Assembly (NCBI GenBank): GCA_949293285.1
Contig: CASFCU010000017.1
Location: 2,432-66,431, forward strand
DNA: 64,000 bases
Reading direction: 5' to 3'
From: an uncultured bacterium
GTDB lineage: Bacteria; Bacillota_I; Bacilli_A; RF39; UBA660
The notes beneath the pieces are model-generated. The model had not been told where the DNA came from and searched no databases. It was given only the letters and a program-made list of their open reading frames with translations. Positions 30,485 to 40,366 of the stretch are shown here, piece after piece. The stretch's first letter is position 1. Every line of letters begins with the position of its first letter. The position numbers were made by a program, and so were the translations under genes.

Positions 30485-31250
30485 TCACTTCCTTTGCTAA
30501 ATTTAAATATGCATCAGTTGCTCGACATTTCGGATCATATGCAATAATCGGTTTACCATGTGAAGGACACTCAGCTAACCTAACCAATCTAGGTATAATT
30601 GTATTATAAACCCTTTCTTTAAAATATTTTCTAATTTCTTCTACTACTTCAAAACCCAAATTTGCCCTGGAATCGAGCATAGTAAGAAGAACACCTTCAA
30701 TATCTAAATTAGGATTCAATTGCTTTTGAGCCATCATAATAGTATTCAAAAGTTGCATAATTCCTTCTAAAGCTAGAAATTCACATTGTACAGGAATAAT
30801 AACAGAATTAGAAGCAGTCAATGCATTAATCGTTATAATACTAAGTGAGGGAGGGCAATCTACTATAATAAAATCATACTCATCACGTATTGGATCTATC
30901 TTATTTTTTAATTGTGCTCCCTTAACAAAATTAGGTTCTTCTTTACTTCTTTCAAAAAACTCTGTATCAAGTCCACTAAGATTAACAGTTGCTGGAAGTA
31001 AATCTAAACGTTTATACTTAGTATGAATAATAGCATCTTTTACATCACACCTTCCGATTAAAACATCATAAATAGTCTTATCGATATCTCCCTTATTCAT
31101 TCCTATACCAGTCGTCGTATTTCCTTGTGGATCAAGATCAAGTAATAATACTTTCTTTCCTAAATATGCTAAAGATGCTGAAAGATTTATACTTGTTGTA
31201 GTTTTACCAACCCCACCTTTTTGATTAACCAACGAAATCATCTTTCCCAT
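30459..31250 (-). CDS. parA: Chromosome partitioning ATPase ParA/Soj
   Basis: NQKGGVGKTTT, DLDPQGN and DCPPSL motifs. Confidence 0.96.
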   Translation of the reverse strand: MGKMISLVNQKGGVGKTTTSINLSASLAYLGKKVLLLDLDPQGNTTTGIGMNKGDIDKTIYDVLIGRCDVKDAIIHTKYKRLDLLPATVNLSGLDTEFFERSKEEPNFVKGAQLKNKIDPIRDEYDFIIVDCPPSLSIITINALTASNSVIIPVQCEFLALEGIMQLLNTIMMAQKQLNPNLDIEGVLLTMLDSRANLGFEVVEEIRKYFKERVYNTIIPRLVRLAECPSHGKPIIAYDPKCRATDAYLNLAKEVIERNGQQL

Positions 31251-31646
31251 CTAACATCACCTTTTCTATCAATCTCGTATTTCTATTTTATCAAACATTA
31301 ACCAATTAATAAATCCTTTTTAAAAAAAAGATAATTATAAATAGCTCTCTTTTAAAAATAAGCCATAAAAATCCTAGAGAATTCTTATCATATTTAACAA
31401 ATTACGACATTTAAAGTTTTATAATCTAAAATAAGTGAAAATAGATAATAGTTCCATGAAAACTTAAAAAACAGCTAACTCTTTATCGATATTTAAATCA
31501 TCTCACGAAACTCCATACTCACTCTACTTCTATAAAAAATACTTTCTACAATAAACCTAATGTTAATATTTATCAATAGATTCAGAAACAATAATACTAT
31601 CCAACATTTTACTAGCAGCTTCTCATTTTCCATCACAAGATATCAA

Positions 31647-31684
31647 ATAAAAAGTAAACACATCATCTAGTGTCTACTTTTATT
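31647..31684. terminator. Hairpin downstream of noc
   Basis: AATAAAAGTAAACAC / GTGTCTACTTTTATT near-perfect inverted repeat. Confidence 0.6.
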
Positions 31685-31721
31685 GACAAATCATATAAAT
31701 TATCTTTTTATCAATATCAAA

Positions 31722-33077
31722 TTAAATATTCTTGTCGACCTTTATTGTAATCTGATAAGTATTAACAGAATCATTTTCTTCCACTAAAACCTTATATCCT
31801 TTACTTTCTATATTCTTAATAGTAGACTTTATATCATTTATAACTGGAGAAACATCCTTTTTATCTGGATTCTCAAAAGCACTAAAATTAAATGATGGAA
31901 TAGATTTAGAACTAGCTAAATTACTATTAGATTGTTCTCCTTGAGAAGAAGCTGAACTAAAAAAAGAATTAAAATCATTCGTATTCTGATTTGATGTTAA
32001 AAAAGAAGAATTGTTATTATTGTTATTATTGTCAGTAATATTTGAAGATAATGGATTGTTAGAACCAAAACCACCAAAAGAATTACTAATCAAACTTGGA
32101 GAATCACCACTACTAAACGAAGAACTCAAATTAGAACTATGATCTTCCATACCATTAGATGGAACAAACTTAAAATTATTAGTATCAGTAACACTAGTAT
32201 CCCTCATTAAATCTTTAACATCCACAGTAGGAGTTTTAGGACCATTAATATCTACTGCACTCTCTCTAATTTTATTAATATCAACAGCTGTTGGATTAAA
32301 CATACTAGAATTTTCTCTAGCTCCCATTTGTTCACCAGTAGAAGGTGATAAATTACTACTAGTTGGTAAAGAATTTTGCTTCTCTTCCTCTTTAAAAGGC
32401 GGTGAAAAAGAAATAGGTTGTTGCACTAATCCATTACCACCAGTTACTTGTGAAGTATCATTTTGTCCTTGTCTATCATTCATTTCTCTAATTTCCTTAT
32501 CTAATTCTCTAACAGTCATTTTATTAGTAATGACTTTATCTAACATTCTTATTTGATCATTTTTATTTGTTAAATTCAATAAACTTCTTGCATGACGCTC
32601 TGATATTTTTTCTTTCAAAAGAGCATCCTGAACTTCATCTGGTAACGCAAGAAGTCTAAGTTTATTAGAAACAACAGATTGCGTCTTTCCCATAGTAGAT
32701 GCTAATTGTTCTTGAGTCATTCCCGGTTCTAACTCTAATATTTTTTGATAGGTTCTAGCTTCCTCAATAGGAGTCAAATCTCTTCTTTGAAGATTCTCGA
32801 TAAGCGCTACTTTCGAACTTTCCTGATCATCTAAATTCTTAACAATTGCAGGAATTTTCGTAAGACCTGCCATAGTAGACGCCTTATATCTCCTTTCTCC
32901 TGCTATAATTTCATACTTATTCTCAACCTTTCTTACAATAATTGGCTGAATAACACCATGTTCTTTAATTGAAATTGCTAACTCTTTTAAAGCCTGATCA
33001 TCAAAAACTTCTCTAGGTTGAAATCTATTTGGTATAATATCATCCAAATATAAATATACAATCTCATTGTTTTCCAT
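31722..33077 (-). CDS. noc: Nucleoid occlusion protein Noc (ParB paralog) with a long low-complexity insertion
   Basis: Position between rsmG and parA, PNRFQPR, GKTQSxxxNKLRLL, ISERHARSLL and a Noc-like C-terminal YQITIKVDK. Confidence 0.82.
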   Translation of the reverse strand: MENNEIVYLYLDDIIPNRFQPREVFDDQALKELAISIKEHGVIQPIIVRKVENKYEIIAGERRYKASTMAGLTKIPAIVKNLDDQESSKVALIENLQRRDLTPIEEARTYQKILELEPGMTQEQLASTMGKTQSVVSNKLRLLALPDEVQDALLKEKISERHARSLLNLTNKNDQIRMLDKVITNKMTVRELDKEIREMNDRQGQNDTSQVTGGNGLVQQPISFSPPFKEEEKQNSLPTSSNLSPSTGEQMGARENSSMFNPTAVDINKIRESAVDINGPKTPTVDVKDLMRDTSVTDTNNFKFVPSNGMEDHSSNLSSSFSSGDSPSLISNSFGGFGSNNPLSSNITDNNNNNNNSSFLTSNQNTNDFNSFFSSASSQGEQSNSNLASSKSIPSFNFSAFENPDKKDVSPVINDIKSTIKNIESKGYKVLVEENDSVNTYQITIKVDKNI

Positions 33078-33140
33078 CGAAACACCCTCTATCCTTTTGT
33101 ATTATCATCTATTATACATTATAAAATAAAAAATCCATTT

Positions 33141-33845
33141 TTACAATGGATTTCTTTTGATTTTATCAATACTTCTAGGAAATTTCTTAATAGTATGTCC
33201 CTTTTTCTTCATACAAACCAGAGTTCTAATGCTATTCTCCACTGGCAAACTAAACCTTTTAATTTCTTCTATATCAAGTGATAAATTAGATAAAATACGA
33301 TTTATAGTACTAAGTTCACTATCACAATTAGCTTTCATGAAAACAAACTTACCACCAATTTTTAAAGATCTTACCGAAATTTCAGATAAAACACTAAGAC
33401 TAGCTACGGCTCTTGCAGTAATAACATCAAAAACCTCTTCATTCTTTCTAGAAAAATCTTCCATCCGCCAATGAACAGCTTCAATATTTTGCAATTTTAA
33501 CTTTCGAATCACATCATTTAAATAAATTACTCTTTTATTCAAAGAATCCACTAAAACAATTTTTATATGCGGAAAAAATATTTTTAAAACGATACCTGGA
33601 AAACCAGCCCCACTCCCTACATCACATAAAGTAATATTTTGATTAAAATCAATAACTTTAATCAATGTTAAACTATCATAAAAATGCTTTAAATAAACAT
33701 CTTCTTCAGAAACAATAGTAGTTAAATTAATCTTCTCGTTCCATTCCAACAATAACTGATAAAAATAATCTAATTTTTCTAATATCTCTTTAGAGACTTT
33801 AATTCCTAATTTTTCAACTTCTAATACAAACTCTTCTTTATTCAT
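33141..33845 (-). CDS. rsmG: 16S rRNA m7G527 methyltransferase
   Basis: LEWNEKINLT, KHFYDSL, DVGSGAGFPG and ARAVA motifs. Confidence 0.96.
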   Translation of the reverse strand: MNKEEFVLEVEKLGIKVSKEILEKLDYFYQLLLEWNEKINLTTIVSEEDVYLKHFYDSLTLIKVIDFNQNITLCDVGSGAGFPGIVLKIFFPHIKIVLVDSLNKRVIYLNDVIRKLKLQNIEAVHWRMEDFSRKNEEVFDVITARAVASLSVLSEISVRSLKIGGKFVFMKANCDSELSTINRILSNLSLDIEEIKRFSLPVENSIRTLVCMKKKGHTIKKFPRSIDKIKRNPL

Positions 33846-35697
33846 AATGATTCCTCTTAAGATACAAAAGTAACATCGAAATATCAGAAGGATTTACTCC
33901 ACTAATACGAAGTGCTTGTCCTATAGAAATAGGCCTTATCTCCTTAAGCTTTTGAACAGCTTCCTTAGCAAGATTTGAAACTTTATCATAATCAATACAA
34001 TCATTGATTTTGATTTTCTCATATTCTAACATCTTAGAGACCTCTTTATTAGCTTTAGCAATATATCCATCATATTTAATATTAATTACCACTTGTTCTA
34101 TAACATCAATATCAAAATCCTCTTCTACATATCTTTTAATATTATCATATTTTATTTCCGGTCTTTTCAATAAATCATATAAACTAATACCATCATAAAG
34201 ATGAGCACTATCCAAACTAGAAAGATAACGATTTACTTCTTCTGTTGGATTCAACTTCACATTTTTAAGAATATGATTTAATCTTTCTATATTCCTCAAC
34301 TTTTCTTGAAATAAACAATAAATATCATCGTGAACAAGGCCTACTTCTTTTCCATATTTCATCAATCTAATATCAGCATTATCATGCCTTAAAAGTAGTC
34401 TATACTCTGCTCTTGAAGTAAGAAGTCTATAAGGATCTATTACTCCTTTAGTAACTAGATCATCAATTAAAACTCCAATATAAGCCTCATTTCTACCGAG
34501 TATAATTGGTTCCAGACCATCTAATTTTCTAGAAGCATTAATTCCTGCAATAATTCCTTGCCCTGCCGCTTCTTCATAACCACTAGTACCATTAATTTGC
34601 CCTGCAGTATACAAATTTTCAACTAATTTCGTCTCAAGAGATGGCTTCAATTGCTTAGAATCAATAGCATCATATTCTATAGCATAAGCATATTTGACAA
34701 TTTCAGCCTTTTCAAGACCCGGAAGACTATGAACCATCTGTTCCTGAACATCATGTGGCATACTCGTAGAAAATCCTTGAATATAAATATCATCATAATA
34801 AATGCTCTCTGGCTCTAAAAAAATCTGATGCCTATCTTTATCAGCAAATTTTACTATTTTATCTTCTATAGATGGACAATAGCGTGGACCCACTCCCTCC
34901 ACATAACCACCATACATACTAGATTTATTTAAATTTTTTCTTATAATATCATGTGTCTTTTCAGTAGTATAGATTAAATAACAAGGAATCTGTTTATCAA
35001 CATCATAAGAAGATTGATTAAAAAAAGAAAAATGATACATCTCTTCATCTCCTGGCTGAATCACAGCACGAGAATAATCAATACTATCCTTCTTAATTCT
35101 AGGAGGTGTCCCCGTTTTTAATCTTTTCATTGTAAAACCTAACTTTTTCAATGAATCACTCAAATATAAAGATGGTTTCTCACCATGAGGACCACTAGAA
35201 ATCTTATGAGATCCACATAAAATAGTACCTTTCAAATAGGTTCCCGTCGTAATAATCACCGTTGATGAAAAAATTTTTTGACCATTTTCAAGAACTATCC
35301 CTTTAATTTTTCCATCTTCCACCAATAAATCGGCTACCATAGATTCAAGAATATCTAAATTCTCTTCTTTTTCTAGAGTATTCAACATTTCTTTTTGATA
35401 AACAACCTTATCTGCTTGTGCTCTTAAAGCTCTAACAGCAGGACCCTTTTTGGTATTAAGCATCTTCATTTGCAGAAAACTTTTATCTATATTTTTTCCC
35501 ATTTCTCCACCAAGAGCATCTATTTCTCTAACAATAATCCCCTTTGCAGGTCCTCCAATCGATGGATTACATGGCATATCTGCTATATTTTCTTTATTAC
35601 CAGTAACAAGTAACGTCTTCTTTTTCAACCTACTAGTAGCAAGGCATGCTTCACAACCAGCATGTCCTCCTCCCACAACGATAACATCATAATTCAT
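33838..35697 (-). CDS. mnmG: tRNA uridine-5-carboxymethylaminomethyl modification enzyme MnmG (GidA)
   Basis: GGGHAGCEA, CNPSIGGPAKG, GPRYCPSIEDK and AGQINGTSGYEEAA motifs. Confidence 0.98.
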   Translation of the reverse strand: MNYDVIVVGGGHAGCEACLATSRLKKKTLLVTGNKENIADMPCNPSIGGPAKGIIVREIDALGGEMGKNIDKSFLQMKMLNTKKGPAVRALRAQADKVVYQKEMLNTLEKEENLDILESMVADLLVEDGKIKGIVLENGQKIFSSTVIITTGTYLKGTILCGSHKISSGPHGEKPSLYLSDSLKKLGFTMKRLKTGTPPRIKKDSIDYSRAVIQPGDEEMYHFSFFNQSSYDVDKQIPCYLIYTTEKTHDIIRKNLNKSSMYGGYVEGVGPRYCPSIEDKIVKFADKDRHQIFLEPESIYYDDIYIQGFSTSMPHDVQEQMVHSLPGLEKAEIVKYAYAIEYDAIDSKQLKPSLETKLVENLYTAGQINGTSGYEEAAGQGIIAGINASRKLDGLEPIILGRNEAYIGVLIDDLVTKGVIDPYRLLTSRAEYRLLLRHDNADIRLMKYGKEVGLVHDDIYCLFQEKLRNIERLNHILKNVKLNPTEEVNRYLSSLDSAHLYDGISLYDLLKRPEIKYDNIKRYVEEDFDIDVIEQVVINIKYDGYIAKANKEVSKMLEYEKIKINDCIDYDKVSNLAKEAVQKLKEIRPISIGQALRISGVNPSDISMLLLYLKRNHYE

Positions 35698-35779
35698 AAT
35701 ATCACTTCCAACAAATCTACTGTATTATATAATAAATAAATTTAAAAAAAAAGAGAAAATTACCTTTTCAAAGTTTATT

Positions 35780-36133
35780 TTACTTTTTCCCTCTCAACTC
35801 AACCATGATAACAATAATTAAATAAACAATAAATAAAGCAATATTCCAAACAATTAAATCTTTAGTAACACTTGGTCTTATAATATAATTAAGTACGATT
35901 ACAGCTAATGCATATAACAAACTACTAGATAACATATCTTCAATCGTTTTATTTTTCATACTAGGTACAACAATGGATAAAAATATCAATAACTCAGAAA
36001 AAACGAAAACTCCAAATGAAATTAACTGATTAATCGTTTTTTCAAAATTACCAAGTCCAAAAAATAATAAACAAGTAAGAAGAACTACCAAAATAAACAC
36101 CATAGTTTTAACAAAATAATTTTCTTTTTTCAC
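35780..36133 (-). CDS. Hypothetical 4-TM membrane protein
   Basis: 117-aa hydrophobic ORF, GTG start after AGGAG; no recognisable motif. Confidence 0.7.
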   Translation of the reverse strand: MKKENYFVKTMVFILVVLLTCLLFFGLGNFEKTINQLISFGVFVFSELLIFLSIVVPSMKNKTIEDMLSSSLLYALAVIVLNYIIRPSVTKDLIVWNIALFIVYLIIVIMVELRGKK

Positions 36134-36210
36134 AGCTATTTACACTCTCCTATTATAACTTAATTTTAACATTGTAATAAAATCAATGTCAATAAAACGA
36201 AAAAACAAAG

Positions 36211-37566
36211 TTATTTCCCTAAACAAAATTGGCTGAATAACTGATCAATAAGCTCATCACTATAGTTTTCACCTAAAATTTCACCTAATTTTGTCCACAT
36301 ACGATTAATATCGATTGCTATCATATCAACAGGAACATTCAAATCGATTCCTCTTTTTACCTCTTCTAAAATAGCCAAAGATTCCTTAGCTAAAGTAATT
36401 TGTCTAGTGTTAGTAAAGATATCATAATTATTATTTTCTAGTTCTTCTAAATGAAATAACTCAATAATTTTATTTTTCAAAGATTCAATTCCATCAACAC
36501 TAACAGTATCAGTGTATATTACATTTTTTAGTGAGGATAAATCAACATCTATCTTTTTCTCTAAATCACACTTATTAATAACTGTAATATACTTTTTATT
36601 TTTAATCATATCCATAAGACTTTTCTCTTCAGAAGTTAACCTTTCATTATAATTTAAAACAAGTAATACCAAATCTGCCTTATCCAACTGCTGAATACTC
36701 TTTTCTACCCCAACCTTTTCCACAACATCCGAAGTATCCCTAATTCCAGCAGTATCAATAAAATTAAGGGCAACACCATTTAAAGTAATGCTTCCTTCTA
36801 CGATATCACGAGTAGTCCCCGCTATATCGGTAACAATAGCCTTATCCTCACCTAATAACTTATTTAAAATACTACTTTTACCAACATTAGGTTTACCAAC
36901 AATAGCAATAGAAATACCATCTTTTATAATCTGTCTAGATAAAGACTCCTGAACAATCAACTCCAGAGATTTTTTCATACTAGCCACTCTATCATGAATA
37001 GTACTAATCGTGACATCAACCGCATCTTCGTATTCTGGATAATCTATATTAACCTCAATATTAGCAAGTAACTCTAATAATTCTTGTCTAAATTTCCTAA
37101 TAATACTAGAAAGTCTCCCTTCCAGTTGATTCACAGAAACTTCCCTAGCTTTCTCTGTCTTAGAATTAATAATATCCATCACTGCTTCTGCCTTAATCAA
37201 ATCTATTCTTCCATTCAAATATGCTCTTTTAGTAAATTCTCCAGCAAGAGCAAGACGAGCTCCCAAAAGAACCATAACCTCTAAAATTTTATTTGTAGGT
37301 GCAATTCCTCCATGACAATTAATTTCTACTATATCCTCAGTAGTATAAGTCTTAGGAGCTCTCATCACAGATACTAAAACCTCATCTATAACATTGTTTT
37401 CATAAACAATATGACCATAATTTATAGTATGAGATAAAACCTTAGTTAAATCCTTCCCTTTAAAACAAGAATTAACAAGTTCAATACAGCCCTTACCACT
37501 CAATCTAACGATAGAAATAGCACCTTTTCCCAGTGCTGTCGAAATTGCAACTATAATATCATTCAT
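36211..37566 (-). CDS. mnmE: tRNA modification GTPase MnmE (TrmE)
   Basis: IVAISTA, GEFTKRAYLNG, GKPNVGKSS, GTTRD, DTAG and FCLGK; start likely ATG 37566 (MNDII). Confidence 0.97.
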   Translation of the reverse strand: MNDIIVAISTALGKGAISIVRLSGKGCIELVNSCFKGKDLTKVLSHTINYGHIVYENNVIDEVLVSVMRAPKTYTTEDIVEINCHGGIAPTNKILEVMVLLGARLALAGEFTKRAYLNGRIDLIKAEAVMDIINSKTEKAREVSVNQLEGRLSSIIRKFRQELLELLANIEVNIDYPEYEDAVDVTISTIHDRVASMKKSLELIVQESLSRQIIKDGISIAIVGKPNVGKSSILNKLLGEDKAIVTDIAGTTRDIVEGSITLNGVALNFIDTAGIRDTSDVVEKVGVEKSIQQLDKADLVLLVLNYNERLTSEEKSLMDMIKNKKYITVINKCDLEKKIDVDLSSLKNVIYTDTVSVDGIESLKNKIIELFHLEELENNNYDIFTNTRQITLAKESLAILEEVKRGIDLNVPVDMIAIDINRMWTKLGEILGENYSDELIDQLFSQFCLGK

Positions 37567-37948
37567 ACAAACCACTCCATCAAACAAATATATTAGAAAA
37601 AAAATAAGTAAGTCAATTTCTTCTTGGTCAGCTTTCTAAATTACTACTTCAAAATCCAAATATCCATACTTCTTTTCAATCTTAGCATCCGATGTCACTA
37701 CAGCTTTGTTCATTTTTTCTTTTCTACATCCATTTTATCATATATTTACTTAATCCTTCAAAGGTAATAGATGAATTAAGATTAAAAGTTTTATCATAAT
37801 ATCTCCTACAAAGATAACACACTGCTATCGAATACTGAAATACTCTACCTTTTCATTCCAATATCCACATAAAATATATTTCTAACTAGTTGGATAATAA
37901 TTATTTATTTTTATATACTTTTTTCATCAATAAAAAGAAAAAGAGTAA

Positions 37949-38560
37949 CTACTCTTCTTTCGGTTTAATAACCACATACCTATTTGGTTCTTCACCATAA
38001 CTCTCTGTATAAACATCCTTACGATCAGTCAAAATATTATGAACGATCCTTCTTTCATAAGAATTCATAGGATCAAGTTTTACTTCAATTTTAGATTTTG
38101 CTACGTCCCTAGCAACCTTTTCTGCCATTTTTTCGATATTTTTTTGCTGCTTCAACTTATATTCTCCAACATCAAGATTAAATTTATAAAAGAATCCAAC
38201 TTCGTTATAAACTGCTTGTCTAACAACAGTACCTAAAGCGGCTAGATTTTTTCCCTCTTTTCCAATTAATAAACGATTATTATCACTATAAAGAGTAATA
38301 TTTAACACATCATCTCTCTTCTTAGACTCTATTTTTACATCAAAACCCATATCTTTAGTTAATTTTAAGAGAAACTCCTTTATATAATTATCTAAATCCG
38401 ACTTTTTAATCACTTCCACTACTACCTTTTTTGCCTTGAATATCCCATTTTTTTGTTCACTACTATCAAAAAAGAAATCACTCTTCGTCCCACCTAACTC
38501 ACAACAAGCCTTATTCAGTGCATCTTCTTCACTTTTTCCTTCAAAAATATACTTCTCCAT
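37949..38560 (-). CDS. jag: Jag/EloR RNA-binding protein (KH + R3H)
   Basis: LIGKEGKNL KH motif and MNSYERRIVH R3H motif; follows yidC. Confidence 0.93.
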   Translation of the reverse strand: MEKYIFEGKSEEDALNKACCELGGTKSDFFFDSSEQKNGIFKAKKVVVEVIKKSDLDNYIKEFLLKLTKDMGFDVKIESKKRDDVLNITLYSDNNRLLIGKEGKNLAALGTVVRQAVYNEVGFFYKFNLDVGEYKLKQQKNIEKMAEKVARDVAKSKIEVKLDPMNSYERRIVHNILTDRKDVYTESYGEEPNRYVVIKPKEE

Positions 38561-38562
38561 AC

Positions 38563-39480
38563 TTATACCTTCTCTCTTTTAACAATTAAATTTTGACCTA
38601 CGGTAAACAAATTTGTTGTTATCCAATAAATATTAAGAGCCGAAGACATAAATATAGACATAACCATAATCATAACAAACATAACTTTATTAGCAGATTT
38701 CACCTGCTGATTATCAGGATTACTTGCCGAATTCAATTTTAATGAAAAATAAGTAGATAACCCAACGACAATTGTAATGATAATATAAATATAAGAACCA
38801 TTAGTAATTCCTACAAGTGGTGTTGTTCCAAGTTGAAAGCCTAAAAAGTTTTCTTCAAAAATGGCCGGTACCCTATTAATTGCTTCTAAAAAAGCAATAA
38901 ATAAAGGAAGTTGTATTAACGCATAAAGGCATCCAGAAATAGGATTAATCTGATATTTTTTATAAATAAATGCCATCTCTTGTGATTTTCTCATCATAGA
39001 ATCATTATCTGTCTTATTTGCATATTTCTTCTCCAATTTATCTAGTTCAGGCTTTGCTTTCTTCATAAGTTCAGATTGAATTGCTGTTTTTCTAGTAATA
39101 GGATAAGCAACTAATCTGATTAACAAACTAGTAATAATAAGTGCTAATCCATTACTTTTAACAAAGCTACCTATTGTTAAAATAACCCAAGCAAGAGGTT
39201 TAATAAATACACTAGTCCAAATTCCCTCATAACCACCACTGGTAATTGAAAATTCTGAACAAAGAGGTAACGATTCTAAATCTACTCCATTCTCTATATA
39301 AATATTAATCGTCTCTTCATCTTCTGGTTTACATAATATATTCTCAGTCAAACTCTGACCCGTAGTAGGATTGGTTACTGCCTTATTATCCGAATCTTTC
39401 AACTGCTTTGTACAACCAACAGAAACAAACAACAATAACAGCAATAAAACAATCAATTTATTTTTATTTTTTTTCTTCAT
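38563..39480 (-). CDS. yidC: Membrane protein insertase YidC/SpoIIIJ
   Basis: Lipobox (VGC), NPISGCL, LIQLP and IYWITTN motifs. Confidence 0.93.
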   Translation of the reverse strand: MKKKNKNKLIVLLLLLLFVSVGCTKQLKDSDNKAVTNPTTGQSLTENILCKPEDEETINIYIENGVDLESLPLCSEFSITSGGYEGIWTSVFIKPLAWVILTIGSFVKSNGLALIITSLLIRLVAYPITRKTAIQSELMKKAKPELDKLEKKYANKTDNDSMMRKSQEMAFIYKKYQINPISGCLYALIQLPLFIAFLEAINRVPAIFEENFLGFQLGTTPLVGITNGSYIYIIITIVVGLSTYFSLKLNSASNPDNQQVKSANKVMFVMIMVMSIFMSSALNIYWITTNLFTVGQNLIVKREKV

Positions 39481-39829
39481 CTATAATCTCCTTTGTAAAA
39501 CCATTACTTATTTTATTAATTAGATAAATATAATCTTTATCCTTTTCATCAAAATCTAAATGAATATAACCATTCCTTATTATTATAATATAATCAAAGC
39601 CTTTTTGGTAGTTTTTTTTATATTTATCTATAATAAAACGAAGTTGCCTTTTATATTTATTTCGATGAACTGCATTTCCTAACTTCTTACTAACAGAAAT
39701 ACCAAATCTGTATATATCCAATTGATTTTCTTTAACATATACAACATAACTTCTATTCTTCACATATCTCCCATGATGAATAATATTAGAAAAATCACTA
39801 TTCTTTTTTACTGTATGATATCTATTCAT
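39464..39829 (-). CDS. rnpA: Ribonuclease P protein component
   Basis: RFGISVSKKLGNAVHRNKYKRQLR motif. Confidence 0.96.
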   Translation of the reverse strand: MNRYHTVKKNSDFSNIIHHGRYVKNRSYVVYVKENQLDIYRFGISVSKKLGNAVHRNKYKRQLRFIIDKYKKNYQKGFDYIIIIRNGYIHLDFDEKDKDYIYLINKISNGFTKEIIDEEKK

Positions 39830-39883
39830 AAAAACTCCTCATATTAGATATAACAAAAAAGCCACTGAGTACAGTGGAATCCT

Positions 39884-40003
39884 TTATACTAATTTCTTAC
39901 GACCTTTTTTTCTTCTTTTATTTAAAACTTTTGTCTTAACTCGAGCAAAAAAACCGTGTTTCTTAGCTTTTTTTCTATTATTTGGTTGATAAGTTCTCTT
40001 CAC
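39884..40003 (-). CDS. rpmH: 50S ribosomal protein L34 (39 aa, absent from the ORF track)
   Basis: GTG start after [47 protein letters not shown]. Confidence 0.95.
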   Translation of the reverse strand: MKRTYQPNNRKKAKKHGFFARVKTKVLNKRRKKGRKKLV

Positions 40004-40124
40004 AATTCCACCTCCAAACTAAAATCTACATTATTATAATAATCAAAAACCCGTTTTGTCAATTAAAATAATATCACTAAAATAAAAAGATAGCAACATA
40101 TATCACTAATAAAAAAGAAGATAT

Positions 40125-40310
40125 AAAAAATTATCAACAAAATTAACAACACTGTTAATAACTCAAAATATAACTGTTAATAAAAAATTGTGGAAAATGT
40201 GGAAAAACTATTTTTTCATTATAAATAAACCATATTATTTATGGAAAACTTTGTTAATAATTTGTGGATATTTTTTTTTATTATTTTTTCCTTTTCTTTT
40301 TTCCACATTT
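40125..40310. other. oriC part 1: DnaA-box cluster between rpmH and dnaA
   Basis: TTATCAACA 40131; TGTTAATAA 40153, 40175, 40252; TGTGGAAAA 40189, 40198; TGTGGATAT 40263; TTTTCCACA 40298. Gene strand switches here. Confidence 0.88.
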
Positions 40311-40366
40311 AAGTTAAAATATCTTATAGATTTACGCAAGAACGTATCAGGGGAGGTGAGGAAGAA

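Noticed and set aside
32009..32032. TTG/TTA microsatellite in noc as a phase-variation tract
   Set aside because: It is an in-frame trinucleotide run encoding poly-Asn, so length changes would not shift the frame.
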